Shown here in pieces: positions 24,349 to 32,000 of a DNA stretch of 32,000 nt (position 1 is the first letter of the stretch; each line of letters starts with the position of its first letter). Made by a program: the position numbers and the translations under genes. Source of the DNA: Cereibacter sphaeroides 2.4.1 (GTDB lineage: Bacteria; Pseudomonadota; Alphaproteobacteria; Rhodobacterales; Rhodobacteraceae); assembly GCF_000012905.2 (NCBI RefSeq), contig NC_007493.2, positions 3,060,001 to 3,092,000 of the forward strand, written 5' to 3'. The notes under the pieces were generated by a model. That model searched no databases. It was given only the letters and a program-made list of their open reading frames with translations, and had not been told where the DNA came from.

Positions 24349-24931
24349 GCCGGACCTCCTGTTGCGTGAGATCGAAATAGCTGCGCACGGCGGCCGCGAT
24401 GTCTGTCACCGCTCGGTCGAGGTCGACCTGCGTCTCGGTGACGCCCAGGCGGATCGTTGCCTGCCCCTCGTCGAGGCTCGGTTCGTCGTGGATCACGAGG
24501 GGAAGGGCCACGGCACCGTCGAGCAGCCGCTCGAGGCAGGCGCGGGCGGACGGGTGGACGAGAAGCGCGACGGGTGCCTCGCTCATTCCATCGGCCAGGG
24601 GCATCAGCGTCTCGAGCACCAGGGGCGCCAGCATCTGCCGTGCCATGTCGGGCAGGATGCGGCCGACGAGCGCCTCCATCAGCGGCTCGATTCCGCGCAG
24701 GACATGCATGCGCGCCTCGCGGAAGGTGAAGCCCAGAGCCTGCAGGTTCCGGGCGAGATCGGCCTGCATCCGGGCCTCCTCCTCGGAGCGGGCCTTCACC
24801 GCATCTTCCCATCCGGCGCGGTAGCCCTCTTCGTAAGAGGCCTGCCGGCCCTCCTCCACGGCCACAGCGTCGGTCACGACGATGGCGGGCTCCGGTGCCG
24901 TGACCTCGAAGACCTCGAGCCGGAGCGCCAT
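24341..24931 (-). CDS. fliH: Flagellar assembly protein FliH-like, 196 aa
   Basis: Position between fliF and fliN, with a YEEGYRAGWEDA motif and a FliH-like C-terminal domain. The ATG at 24931 overlaps the fliF stop. Confidence 0.65.
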   Translation of the reverse strand: MALRLEVFEVTAPEPAIVVTDAVAVEEGRQASYEEGYRAGWEDAVKARSEEEARMQADLARNLQALGFTFREARMHVLRGIEPLMEALVGRILPDMARQMLAPLVLETLMPLADGMSEAPVALLVHPSARACLERLLDGAVALPLVIHDEPSLDEGQATIRLGVTETQVDLDRAVTDIAAAVRSYFDLTQQEVRHG

Positions 24932-26559
24932 CACGGCGCCTCCCGCTGCGGTTCCATCCAGCCGCGCAGGATCTCGACAGACTCGGCCTGGCGCTCCTCG
25001 ATCAGACGGCGGAGCCGCGCGACCGGATCCGCCTCCTCGTCGAGGTCGAGAGGCGCGGAGGACACCATCGGGAAGTCCGGCAGATCGCCGCTATCGTCGA
25101 TCTCGCCCGTCAGCGCCGGTTCGCCGCCCTCGTAACCCGGGAGCGCCAGAGGCTGCGGGGCAGCCGGCGGGCGCGGCGGCGCCGTCAGGACCGGGCGGAC
25201 GACGAAGAGACCGAGGATCAGGGCCACCAGAGCGAGCACGCCGATCTGGATCAGGCTCATCAGGTCGAAGGCGCCGAGGCGGCTGAGGAAGCCGGTCTCG
25301 GCCAGGGTTCCCGCTTCGGGCGGCGTCTCGAAGGCCAGCGAGCGCAAGGTCAGCCTGTCGCCACGCGATTCATCGAGCCCCACCGCTGAGCCGACCAGTT
25401 CGCGCAGGACGGCAAGCTCCTCCTCGGGGCGCGGTTCCCAGCCCACGGTGCCATCGTCCGCAACCGTCTTGATCCCATCGACCAGAACGGCAACCGTGAG
25501 CCGCCGGATGGCACCCGGCTGGCGCATGAGTTCGCGCTGGGTCTGGGAGACCTCGAAATTGACCATCTCGCGAGTTTCGCTGGTGCTCGACTTGCCGCCC
25601 GTGCCTCCCTTCGCGTCGCCTTCCGGCAGGTTCGACGCCACCGTCACGTCGGGCGAGGGTTCGGTCGAGTTGCTGGATTTCTCCTGGGTTTCCGACGAGA
25701 TCGGCACGCGGCCCTTGGGGTCGAAGCTCTTCTCCACGATCGACTCGCGCGCGGTCTCGACATCGACGCTGACTTCGACCACAGCCCGGCCCGGCCCGAC
25801 CCGCGCCTCGAGCAGCCGCTCGACGTTGCTCCGGAGTTCGGCGGCGCGGCTCTCGCCCGCGGCGGTGGCGCCGTCCTTCTCGTCCCCGGACCGGATCAGG
25901 CCCATCACGCTGTCGATCACCGACACGTCTTCGGGCTGCAGCCCGGCCACGGCCGAGGCCACCAGATGTTTGAAGGCCCGCGCCTGATCCGCGGTCACCG
26001 CGCCGCCCGATGTGGTCACCGTGACGCTCGCCGTCGGCCGCTGCTCCCGCCGGAACGGCTGGGCCGCCGGCTGCGCGATATGCACCCGTGCCGCCTTGAC
26101 CTGCGGGCTGGCGAGGATCGTCCGGGCAAGTTCGCCCTCCTTCGCGCGCAGATAGGCCGCGTCGAACATCTGCGACGTGGTGCCGAAGCCCGAGAGTCCG
26201 TCGAGGAGTTCGTAACCCGCGGCGCCCGTGGCGGGCAGCCCCTCGCCCGCGAGTTTCATGCGGATCTCGTCCCGGCGGGCCGCCTCGACATAGACCGAAT
26301 CGCCCCTCACCTCGTAGGCCGCGCCCTGCGCCTCGAGCGCGGTCACGACTTCGCCCGCCGCCGGTCCCTGCAGACCGGCATAGAGCAGCGCCATCGGCGG
26401 CCGGCCGGCGAGCTGCGACAGACCGAGCACGGCCAGGAACATGGCAACCGTCGCGCCCACGACGACGGCCCTGCGGCGTCCGTCGAGATCGTTCCAGATT
26501 GAGATGAGGTTCTGCACTTCGGTCTCCGACACGGGCTTCTGCCTTGCCCGACCATCCAT
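24931..26559 (-). CDS. fliF: Flagellar MS-ring protein FliF
   Basis: N-terminal TM segment (VVVGATVAMFLAVLGL), then LYAGLQGPAAGEVVTALEAQGAAYEV...IRMKLAGEGLP. It also has the RLTVAVLVDG motif, a second TM segment and an acidic C-terminus. Confidence 0.95.
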   Translation of the reverse strand: MDGRARQKPVSETEVQNLISIWNDLDGRRRAVVVGATVAMFLAVLGLSQLAGRPPMALLYAGLQGPAAGEVVTALEAQGAAYEVRGDSVYVEAARRDEIRMKLAGEGLPATGAAGYELLDGLSGFGTTSQMFDAAYLRAKEGELARTILASPQVKAARVHIAQPAAQPFRREQRPTASVTVTTSGGAVTADQARAFKHLVASAVAGLQPEDVSVIDSVMGLIRSGDEKDGATAAGESRAAELRSNVERLLEARVGPGRAVVEVSVDVETARESIVEKSFDPKGRVPISSETQEKSSNSTEPSPDVTVASNLPEGDAKGGTGGKSSTSETREMVNFEVSQTQRELMRQPGAIRRLTVAVLVDGIKTVADDGTVGWEPRPEEELAVLRELVGSAVGLDESRGDRLTLRSLAFETPPEAGTLAETGFLSRLGAFDLMSLIQIGVLALVALILGLFVVRPVLTAPPRPPAAPQPLALPGYEGGEPALTGEIDDSGDLPDFPMVSSAPLDLDEEADPVARLRRLIEERQAESVEILRGWMEPQREAP

Positions 26560-26571
26560 GACGGATGTGGC

Positions 26572-26586
26572 TTAACAATCGGTTAG
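26572..26586. promoter_or_regulatory. CtrA-box-like motif TTAA-N7-TTAG in the fliF / fliL divergent intergenic region
   Basis: cTTAACaatcggTTAGg, 43-57 nt upstream of the fliL ATG (26629). It is followed 13 nt later by a TATAGA -10-like hexamer (26600-26605). Confidence 0.45.
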
Positions 26587-26628
26587 GGGGATCCGGCCTA
26601 TAGATCGACGGACGGAAAGGAGTCGGCC

Positions 26629-27117
26629 ATGGCGGATGCTGGCGCGGATCAGATTGAAACGACAAAGAAGCGGTCGCTGCTGCCGCTGATCCTCGGCGTC
26701 GTGCTGGCCCTGGTTCTGGGGGGCGGCGGGTTCTACGCCACCTGGTCGGGCCTGATTCTGGGCGCGTCCGGCGGGCACGAGGCCGAGACCGCACATGAGG
26801 CGCCGGCGGCCCTTCCCGACATCGCCTTCGTGCCGATCGACCCGATCGTGATCAGCCTTGGCCGCGGGTCGGACCTCTCTCACCTCAGATTCGCGGCACA
26901 GCTCGAGGTGGCGAAGGCGAATGCGGCCGAGGTCACGATGCTGATGCCGCGGATCGTCGATGTCATCAACGGCTACCTGCGGGCGGTGGCCGTCTCGCGG
27001 CTGGAGGATCCGACCGCGCTCGTCGAGCTGCGGGCGCAGATGCTGCGCCGCATCCAGATCGTCACCGGTGAGGGCCGCGTCCGCGACCTGCTCGTGACGG
27101 AATTCGTCCTGAACTAG
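26629..27117 (+). CDS. fliL: Flagellar basal-body-associated protein FliL
   Basis: Single TM segment (LLPLILGVVLALVLGGGGFY), then FVPIDPIVISLG...LRFAAQLEV...MPRIVDVINGYLRAV...VTEFVLN. An AAGGAG Shine-Dalgarno sequence lies 6 nt upstream. Confidence 0.85.
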   Translation: MADAGADQIETTKKRSLLPLILGVVLALVLGGGGFYATWSGLILGASGGHEAETAHEAPAALPDIAFVPIDPIVISLGRGSDLSHLRFAAQLEVAKANAAEVTMLMPRIVDVINGYLRAVAVSRLEDPTALVELRAQMLRRIQIVTGEGRVRDLLVTEFVLN

Positions 27118-27120
27118 GAG

Positions 27121-27513
27121 GTGGCAGTGGATTTCATCGCGAATATCCTGATGGCTGGCGGCACCTTCGGAGCGGCGCTCTACTGCTACGTCCTCGGCCA
27201 GAGGCTGAAGCGCTTCTCCACGCTCGAGGGCGGGATGGGCGGCGCCATAGCGGTCCTCTCCGCGCAGGTCGACGAGATGACCCGCGCGCTGGAAAAGGCG
27301 CGGGCCGCGGCGACCCACTCGGCAAGCTCGCTCGATGGGTTGACCGAACGGGCCGAGTCGGTCGCGGCCCGGCTTGAACTGATGCTCGCCTCGATGCACG
27401 ACATCCCGGCCAGAGCGCCGGATCCGCGGCCGGATCCCGAGGTCGAGGCCGAGCGCCGCAGGCGGTTCGTCCGCCGCCGCAGCCTGCGCGAAAGCTCGGA
27501 GACCGACGCATGA
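27121..27513 (+). CDS. Hypothetical small membrane-anchored coiled-coil protein in the flagellar operon
   Basis: N-terminal TM helix FIANILMAGGTFGAALYCYVLG, then a helical segment and a basic/acidic tail. AGGAGG at 27116-27121 favours GTG 27127 as the true start. The stop overlaps the next ATG (ATGA). Confidence 0.55.
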   Translation: MAVDFIANILMAGGTFGAALYCYVLGQRLKRFSTLEGGMGGAIAVLSAQVDEMTRALEKARAAATHSASSLDGLTERAESVAARLELMLASMHDIPARAPDPRPDPEVEAERRRRFVRRRSLRESSETDA

Positions 27514-28067
27514 GCCACAGATCGCGCACCCGCGGCGCCCTTGCGCTTCTGGCGCTCCTGCTCGCGGCATCGGGGGCGATGAGGGTCGGATCCGGGGTCG
27601 GGGCAGCGATGGCACGGGCGTCCAACGACCCCGTGTCAGGGGCTCCGCTCGACTGTCCCGAACCGCCGCTTGCCTTGGCCGAGGCCCTCCGCGACCGCGA
27701 GGCGGCGGTCCGTGCGCAGGAAGAACGGATGCAGAAGCGTCAGGCCGCGCTGGACGAGGCCGAGAAATCCGTGCGCGCCCAGATGGCGGAGCTGGCAGAG
27801 GCCGAAGCGGAGCTGAACAAGACGATCGCCCTCGCGGACGGGGCCGCCGAGAACGATGTCTCGCGCCTGACATCTGTCTATGAGTCGATGAAGCCCAAGG
27901 AGGCCGCCCGGCTCTTCGAGGCGATGGCTCCCGAATTCGCCGCAGGTTTCATCGGCAGCATGCAGCCTGAAGCGGCGGCGGCCGTCATGTCGGGCATGTC
28001 GGCCGAGGCCGCCTACAGCGTGAGCGTCCTTCTTGCCGGCCGGAATGCGCTGGCCCCCTCCGAGTGA
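27510..28067 (+). CDS. MotE-like (MgtE-N-type) periplasmic flagellar motility protein
   Basis: Signal-like N-terminus, coiled coil, then SVYESMKPKEAARLFEAMAPEFAAGFIGSMQPEAAAAVMSGMSAEAA, which matches the MotE/FlbB MgtE_N-type repeat. Confidence 0.7.
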   Translation: MSHRSRTRGALALLALLLAASGAMRVGSGVGAAMARASNDPVSGAPLDCPEPPLALAEALRDREAAVRAQEERMQKRQAALDEAEKSVRAQMAELAEAEAELNKTIALADGAAENDVSRLTSVYESMKPKEAARLFEAMAPEFAAGFIGSMQPEAAAAVMSGMSAEAAYSVSVLLAGRNALAPSE

Positions 28068-28074
28068 AGTTATC

Positions 28075-28089
28075 TTAACCCCGCCTTGC
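28075..28089. promoter_or_regulatory. CtrA half-site-like TTAACC (TTAA-N7-TTGC) upstream of motA
   Basis: cTTAACCccgccTTGC, 35-49 nt upstream of ATG 28124. Only one half-site is good. Confidence 0.3.
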
Positions 28090-28123
28090 GAAGGTCGCGG
28101 GCAACTGAGGCAGGAGTCCGTGC

Positions 28124-28993
28124 ATGTTCGGGATCGTCGGCATCCTCGTGATTTTCGTGATGGTGTTCGGCGGCTACATGCTTGCCGGTGGCAAGCTGGG
28201 CGTGATCCTGAAGGCGTTGCCGTTCGAGATGATCATGATCGGAGGAGCGGCCGTGGGCTCGTTCCTGCTCGCGAACGACCTCGCCACGGTCAAGCACACG
28301 CTCAAGGATTTGGGCAAGGTCTTCAAGGGACCGAAGTGGAAGCCGGGCGACTACCGTGACCTGCTCTGCCTGCTCTTCGAACTCGTGCGGATCGCGAAGG
28401 TCAATCCTGTCGGGCTCGAGGAGCATATCGAGAATCCCGAGGAGTCGTCCGTCTTCTCGCGCTATCCCAAGATCCAGCACGACCATGACGCGATCGAGCT
28501 CATCTGCGACACGCTGCGGGCCGCCTCAATGAACTACGACGATCCGAACCAGGTCGAAGAGGTTCTGGACAAGCGGGTCGAGAAGGCGCAGCACCACGCG
28601 TTGCATTCCAGCCACGCGCTCCAGTCGATGGCCGACGCGCTTCCGGCGCTCGGCATCGTGGCGGCGGTGCTGGGCGTCATCAAGACGATGGGCTCGATCG
28701 ACCAGCCGCCGGAGATTCTGGGCAAGATGATCGGCGGCGCGCTCGTGGGCACCTTTCTGGGCGTGTTTCTCGCCTACGGCATCGTCGGCCCCTTCGCCAC
28801 GCGGGTGAAGGCCGTGGTCGAGGAGGACGGCCATTTCTACAATCTGATCCGCGAGGTGCTGATCGCGAACCTCCACAATCATCCGGCCAACATGTGCATC
28901 GAGGTCGGACGGCAGAACACGCCCCATCACGTCCGCCCGAGTTTCACCGATCTCGAAGAAGCCATCAGGGCCCTGAAGCAGGAGGCCGCATGA
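28124..28993 (+). CDS. motA: Flagellar stator protein MotA
   Basis: MFGIVGILVIFVMVFGGYMLAGGKLGVI...ALPALGIVAAVLGVIKTMGS...GGALVGTFLGVFLAYGIVGP shows the canonical MotA TM3/TM4 region. An AGGAG Shine-Dalgarno sequence lies 7 nt upstream. Confidence 0.95.
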   Translation: MFGIVGILVIFVMVFGGYMLAGGKLGVILKALPFEMIMIGGAAVGSFLLANDLATVKHTLKDLGKVFKGPKWKPGDYRDLLCLLFELVRIAKVNPVGLEEHIENPEESSVFSRYPKIQHDHDAIELICDTLRAASMNYDDPNQVEEVLDKRVEKAQHHALHSSHALQSMADALPALGIVAAVLGVIKTMGSIDQPPEILGKMIGGALVGTFLGVFLAYGIVGPFATRVKAVVEEDGHFYNLIREVLIANLHNHPANMCIEVGRQNTPHHVRPSFTDLEEAIRALKQEAA

Positions 28994-30948
28994 AACGACT
29001 TCCGAGCTGCTGGCTGCTCGTGGCGCTGGTGGTATTTCCGGTCATGGCGTGTGCCGAGGCTGCCGTGCGAACGGGCGAGCATCCGGGCTTCACCCGTCTC
29101 GTGGTCGAGGATCCTTCCATCCGCTCCTGGCAACTCGGGCGCTCGGCCGAGGGCTACCGTCTCCGGCTCACGCCGACCGCTCGGGCCTTTGCGCTGTCGC
29201 GTGCCTTCCGCGCCATCACCCGAAAGCGTCTGGCCTCGCTGGCGATGGCCGGAAATGGCGATCTCGACGTGGGACTTGGCTGTGCCTGCCACATAGAGGC
29301 ATTCGAGATCCGCCCCGGCGTGATCGTGCTCGATATCCGCGACGGGCCTCCATCTTCCCCCGAGCACGAGCAACCGCTTCCTGTGGAGGAGCAGGCTCCC
29401 GAATCAACTCCTCCAGCTCCGGATCCTGCTCCGTCTTCGCCACCCGCCTACGATTGGCGCAAGGTCACTCCCGCACCTCTCCGAGCGCCAGAGCTTGCCC
29501 TCGAGGCGCCGGTCGTGACGGCGATGCGCCAATCGCTCGTTGAGCAGTTGAGCCGGGGCGCCGCGGCGGGCGCCGTCGATTTCGCAGGCAAGCCGCCCCC
29601 GCCGAAGAACGCCGATACTCCGCCCGCCCCCAATGTCCGCATCCTGCCCGAGCCGGGGTTCGAGGTGACGTCCGAGGCTCCTCCGAAGGATCGGTTGACC
29701 GCCGAGGGATCGCCATGCCCCTCCGATGAGCGGTTCGACGTGGCTGCATGGAGGGGCGACAGTCCAGTGGCCGAACAGATCGGCGCCATGCTCGCAGGCC
29801 TTACCGGCGAGTTCGACGATCCGCAGGCGGAACCGTTGGCCAGGGCTGTCCGCTTCTACCTGAGCCTCGGGTTCGGCGCCGAAGCGCGACAGCTCCTTGC
29901 GGCCTTTCCCGTCGATCATCCAGATCGGGGCCTCTGGGAAGCGATGGCCCATGTCTTGGATGGCGAACGCCAGCCGGGGGGGCCGCTGGCCGCCATGGCG
30001 CTGTGCGATGGTGCCGCGGCCCTCTGGTCGGTGCTCGCCGATCCGCCTTCAAGCCTTCGTGACGTCAATGCTCCAGCTGTCCTGCGCGCCTTCTCCGGCC
30101 TGCCGCCCGATCTCCGGCAGGAGTTGGGCCCGAGATTGGCGGAGAATTTCCTTGCTTGGGAGGATCCGGCCAACGCGCAGGCGATCCGAGAAGCGCTGGT
30201 CCGCGGCGCACGCAAACCGACGCCGGCGGCGACGCTCACCGACGCCCGCCTTGCCGCTGCCCGAGGAGAGGCGCCACCCGCGGCGGATCTCGCGCGGATC
30301 GGCCAGCAGCCCGGTCCCGAAGGGGCTGAGGCGCTGGCGCTGCTCGTGGAAGGTCAGGTGGCGGAAGGCAAGGCGCCGTCCGCGCAGGATGTGCTGAGCC
30401 TCGGAGCCATGTACCAGGAGACCGAGGGAACGGACTTGGGCCAGAGGGTCGGCCGGGCCTATCGCCTCGCACTTGCCGCCACGGGCGACTATGACCGCGC
30501 CTTCTCCGGGCGCGCTCTCGCGCCCGACGCGGATGCCGAAGTCTGGCGTATCCTCGCCGTCTCCGGTCCCGACAGCCAGTTGCTCGAGCGGGCCGTTCTT
30601 CCGGAAACGGAACCTCTGCCGTCATTGCCTGACACGACCCGCCGGGCGCTGGCGGACCGTTTGCGAGCGCTTGGCCTCGAACGCTCCGCCGATCGATGGC
30701 ATCCCGCCGAGACGGCCACCGCCGCGCCGCCGGACGAGCCTCCGCCCCCGCCCGTCCCGGCAGAGGCGGCCGGCCCGTCGTCTCCCGGAACTGATGCCGC
30801 GTCCCTTCCGCCTGCGGCGGCTGCATCCCCGTCTGTTCCGGCGTCCCTCACCCGGAGCCGCGCCCTGGTCGAGGAAAGCGCACGTGCGCGCCAGCGCATC
30901 GAGGATCTGCTGCGCGCAACGGGCGGCGAACAACCGCCCGACGGTTAG
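28990..30948 (+). CDS. Hypothetical exported protein, 652 aa: signal peptide, AMIN-like beta domain (tentative), Pro-rich linkers, helical-repeat C-terminal region
   Basis: The inner ATG at 28990 overlaps the motA stop (ATGA). The signal peptide is MKRLPSCWLLVALVVFPVMACAEA. GEHPGFTRLVVED...YRLRLTP...IEAFEIRPGVIVLDIRDG resembles an AMIN domain. Pro-rich tracts are PESTPPAPDPAPSSPP and PPDEPPPPPVP. Confidence 0.7.
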   Translation: MKRLPSCWLLVALVVFPVMACAEAAVRTGEHPGFTRLVVEDPSIRSWQLGRSAEGYRLRLTPTARAFALSRAFRAITRKRLASLAMAGNGDLDVGLGCACHIEAFEIRPGVIVLDIRDGPPSSPEHEQPLPVEEQAPESTPPAPDPAPSSPPAYDWRKVTPAPLRAPELALEAPVVTAMRQSLVEQLSRGAAAGAVDFAGKPPPPKNADTPPAPNVRILPEPGFEVTSEAPPKDRLTAEGSPCPSDERFDVAAWRGDSPVAEQIGAMLAGLTGEFDDPQAEPLARAVRFYLSLGFGAEARQLLAAFPVDHPDRGLWEAMAHVLDGERQPGGPLAAMALCDGAAALWSVLADPPSSLRDVNAPAVLRAFSGLPPDLRQELGPRLAENFLAWEDPANAQAIREALVRGARKPTPAATLTDARLAAARGEAPPAADLARIGQQPGPEGAEALALLVEGQVAEGKAPSAQDVLSLGAMYQETEGTDLGQRVGRAYRLALAATGDYDRAFSGRALAPDADAEVWRILAVSGPDSQLLERAVLPETEPLPSLPDTTRRALADRLRALGLERSADRWHPAETATAAPPDEPPPPPVPAEAAGPSSPGTDAASLPPAAAASPSVPASLTRSRALVEESARARQRIEDLLRATGGEQPPDG

Positions 30949-31243
30949 ATGCGGACCGGTGAGAAGTGGGGTCCTGCCCCAAGACCCTGCCACCAGGTCG
31001 AGGGTCGGTCGTCCAGCACGGCGGGCCCTATGCACCCCATGTCCAGCGCCTGTATGCCATTTGCTGGCAGAGCCTGGCTCGTCGTGGAGGGGGATAGACG
31101 AAAGCGCGGCGTCATCTGTCAACCGCCTTGGATCTCGAAGCCGCTCATCCTCCGCCGCCGGACATGGTTTGCCAAGGCACCGCTAACCGTTTCCCAAGGA
31201 TCGCGCGGCACACTGCGCCGCAGGAAGTCACAGGAGTCTCCAG

Positions 31244-31924
31244 ATGATCCCTAGCAGCCGATTGCGCGCGATCCTTTCGGCCGCTCTTCTGGGGCTGGCC
31301 TTGATGCTCCACGTCTCACCTGCTTCGGCAAGGCTTCGGGACGCGGATCTGTGCGAGGAAGCTGCCCGTCGTGCCGCGCGCGCGACGGGCGTGCCGCAGG
31401 AGGTGCTGATGGCGATTACCCTGACGGAGACGGGGCGCCGGACCGGCGGCGGGCCGATGCGCCCCTGGCCCTGGGCGGTCAATGTCGCGGGACAGGGACA
31501 CTGGTTTCCGAGCAGGGCAGAGGCGGAGCAGTTCGTGGCCAGTGTGCTGGACCAAGGTCGTGGGAATTTCGACGTCGGATGCTTCCAACTGAACAACCGC
31601 TGGCATGCCGCGAACTTTGCCTCAATGCACGACATGTTCGATCCCGACGCGAACGCGCTCTATGCCGCGCGCTACCTGCAGGACTTGCGGGGTCCGTCCG
31701 ACGATTGGTCGAGCGCGGCGGGCGCCTATCATTCGGCGACGCCCGAACTGGCCCGCCGCTACCGCTCCCGCTTCGAGATGCTGCTCGCAGACCTGCCGGC
31801 CGCCGCAGCTGAGGGCGTCGTGGCTCGCGTCAACGTCTTCCCGCTCTTCCGCGCCGGCGACGTGAGAAGCACGGGCTCGCTCGTGCCGCTCGACGCGCCT
31901 GCGCGTCCCCTGTTCGGAGAGTGA
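31244..31924 (+). CDS. Lytic transglycosylase (SLT domain), exported; likely flagellar rod-penetration muramidase
   Basis: Signal peptide MIPSSRLRAILSAALLGLALMLHVSPASA. SLT motifs are LMAITLTETG (catalytic Glu), DVGCFQLN and AGAYHS. An AGGAG Shine-Dalgarno sequence lies 7 nt upstream. Confidence 0.85.
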   Translation: MIPSSRLRAILSAALLGLALMLHVSPASARLRDADLCEEAARRAARATGVPQEVLMAITLTETGRRTGGGPMRPWPWAVNVAGQGHWFPSRAEAEQFVASVLDQGRGNFDVGCFQLNNRWHAANFASMHDMFDPDANALYAARYLQDLRGPSDDWSSAAGAYHSATPELARRYRSRFEMLLADLPAAAAEGVVARVNVFPLFRAGDVRSTGSLVPLDAPARPLFGE

Positions 31925-31927
31925 GAA

Positions 31928-32000
31928 ATGCGCCTGTCCCGGGACCGCCTTTTCCAGCCGACCATCCTGCTGGCGCTTGCCCTCATGGCGGTCATCGTCA
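31928..32000 (+). CDS. 5' end of a membrane protein gene, possibly flhA (only 24 codons visible)
   Basis: ATG lies 3 nt after the SLT stop. MRLSRDRLFQPTILLALALMAVIV resembles the first TM segment of alpha-proteobacterial FlhA. Too little sequence is present for a firm call. Confidence 0.35.
   Translation, partial: MRLSRDRLFQPTILLALALMAVIV

Noticed and set aside
31165-31190. Possible sigma-54 promoter (GGCAC ... ) upstream of the SLT gene
   Set aside because: The GG and GC elements are not at the required 10-nt spacing: aaGGCACcgctaaccg lacks TTGC at -12. Alpha-type clusters of this kind are not expected to be sigma-54 dependent.
30949-31254. 101-aa plus-strand ORF in the gap before the SLT gene
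   Set aside because: It has rare codons and no Shine-Dalgarno sequence, and it overlaps the well-supported SLT start and its Shine-Dalgarno sequence. It is treated as non-coding, but the gap itself is flagged as a finding.

Overview
High-GC alphaproteobacterial chromosomal segment, Rhodobacterales-like by gene content and codon style. No rRNA, tRNA, CRISPR array, transposase or integrase was seen. There are three blocks. (1) 1-7.7 kb holds a minus-strand catabolic operon: glutaryl-CoA dehydrogenase, a fused E1 alpha/beta TPP-dependent 2-oxoacid dehydrogenase component, a FabD-like acyltransferase and an ALDH7-type (antiquitin / piperideine-6-carboxylate) dehydrogenase. It has a divergent LysR regulator and is followed by a lone nagA. 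(2) 7.8-13.45 kb holds an uncharacterised four-gene plus-strand cassette: a winged-helix/BTAD-TPR regulator, a soluble PAP2/haloperoxidase-fold protein carrying an (AACAAG)n-encoded Asn-Lys tract, a signal-peptide-less S8 subtilase with an intact catalytic triad, and a protein built from four tandem domains resembling the ribosomal L7/L12 C-terminal (ClpS-like) fold. The same tandem direct repeat, TTTGACG at 11-bp period, precedes gene 1 and gene 4. This is my best candidate for a previously undescribed system. (3) 13.5-32 kb holds an alpha-type flagellar/motility cluster: motB, flgE, flgK, flgL, flgI, fliP, fliN, fliH, fliF, fliL, motE-like, motA, an SLT lytic transglycosylase and a probable flhA start. 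It is interrupted by a divergent pair (3xPAS hybrid histidine kinase with two receivers, and a DUF1612-like wHTH protein) and contains two unassigned envelope proteins. By eye, the only four TTAA tetranucleotides in the 32 kb all lie 43-64 nt upstream of flagellar operon start codons, as TTAA-N7-TTxx (CtrA-box-like) motifs. Many long ORFs in the supplied track are antisense or alternate-frame artefacts typical of high-GC DNA.
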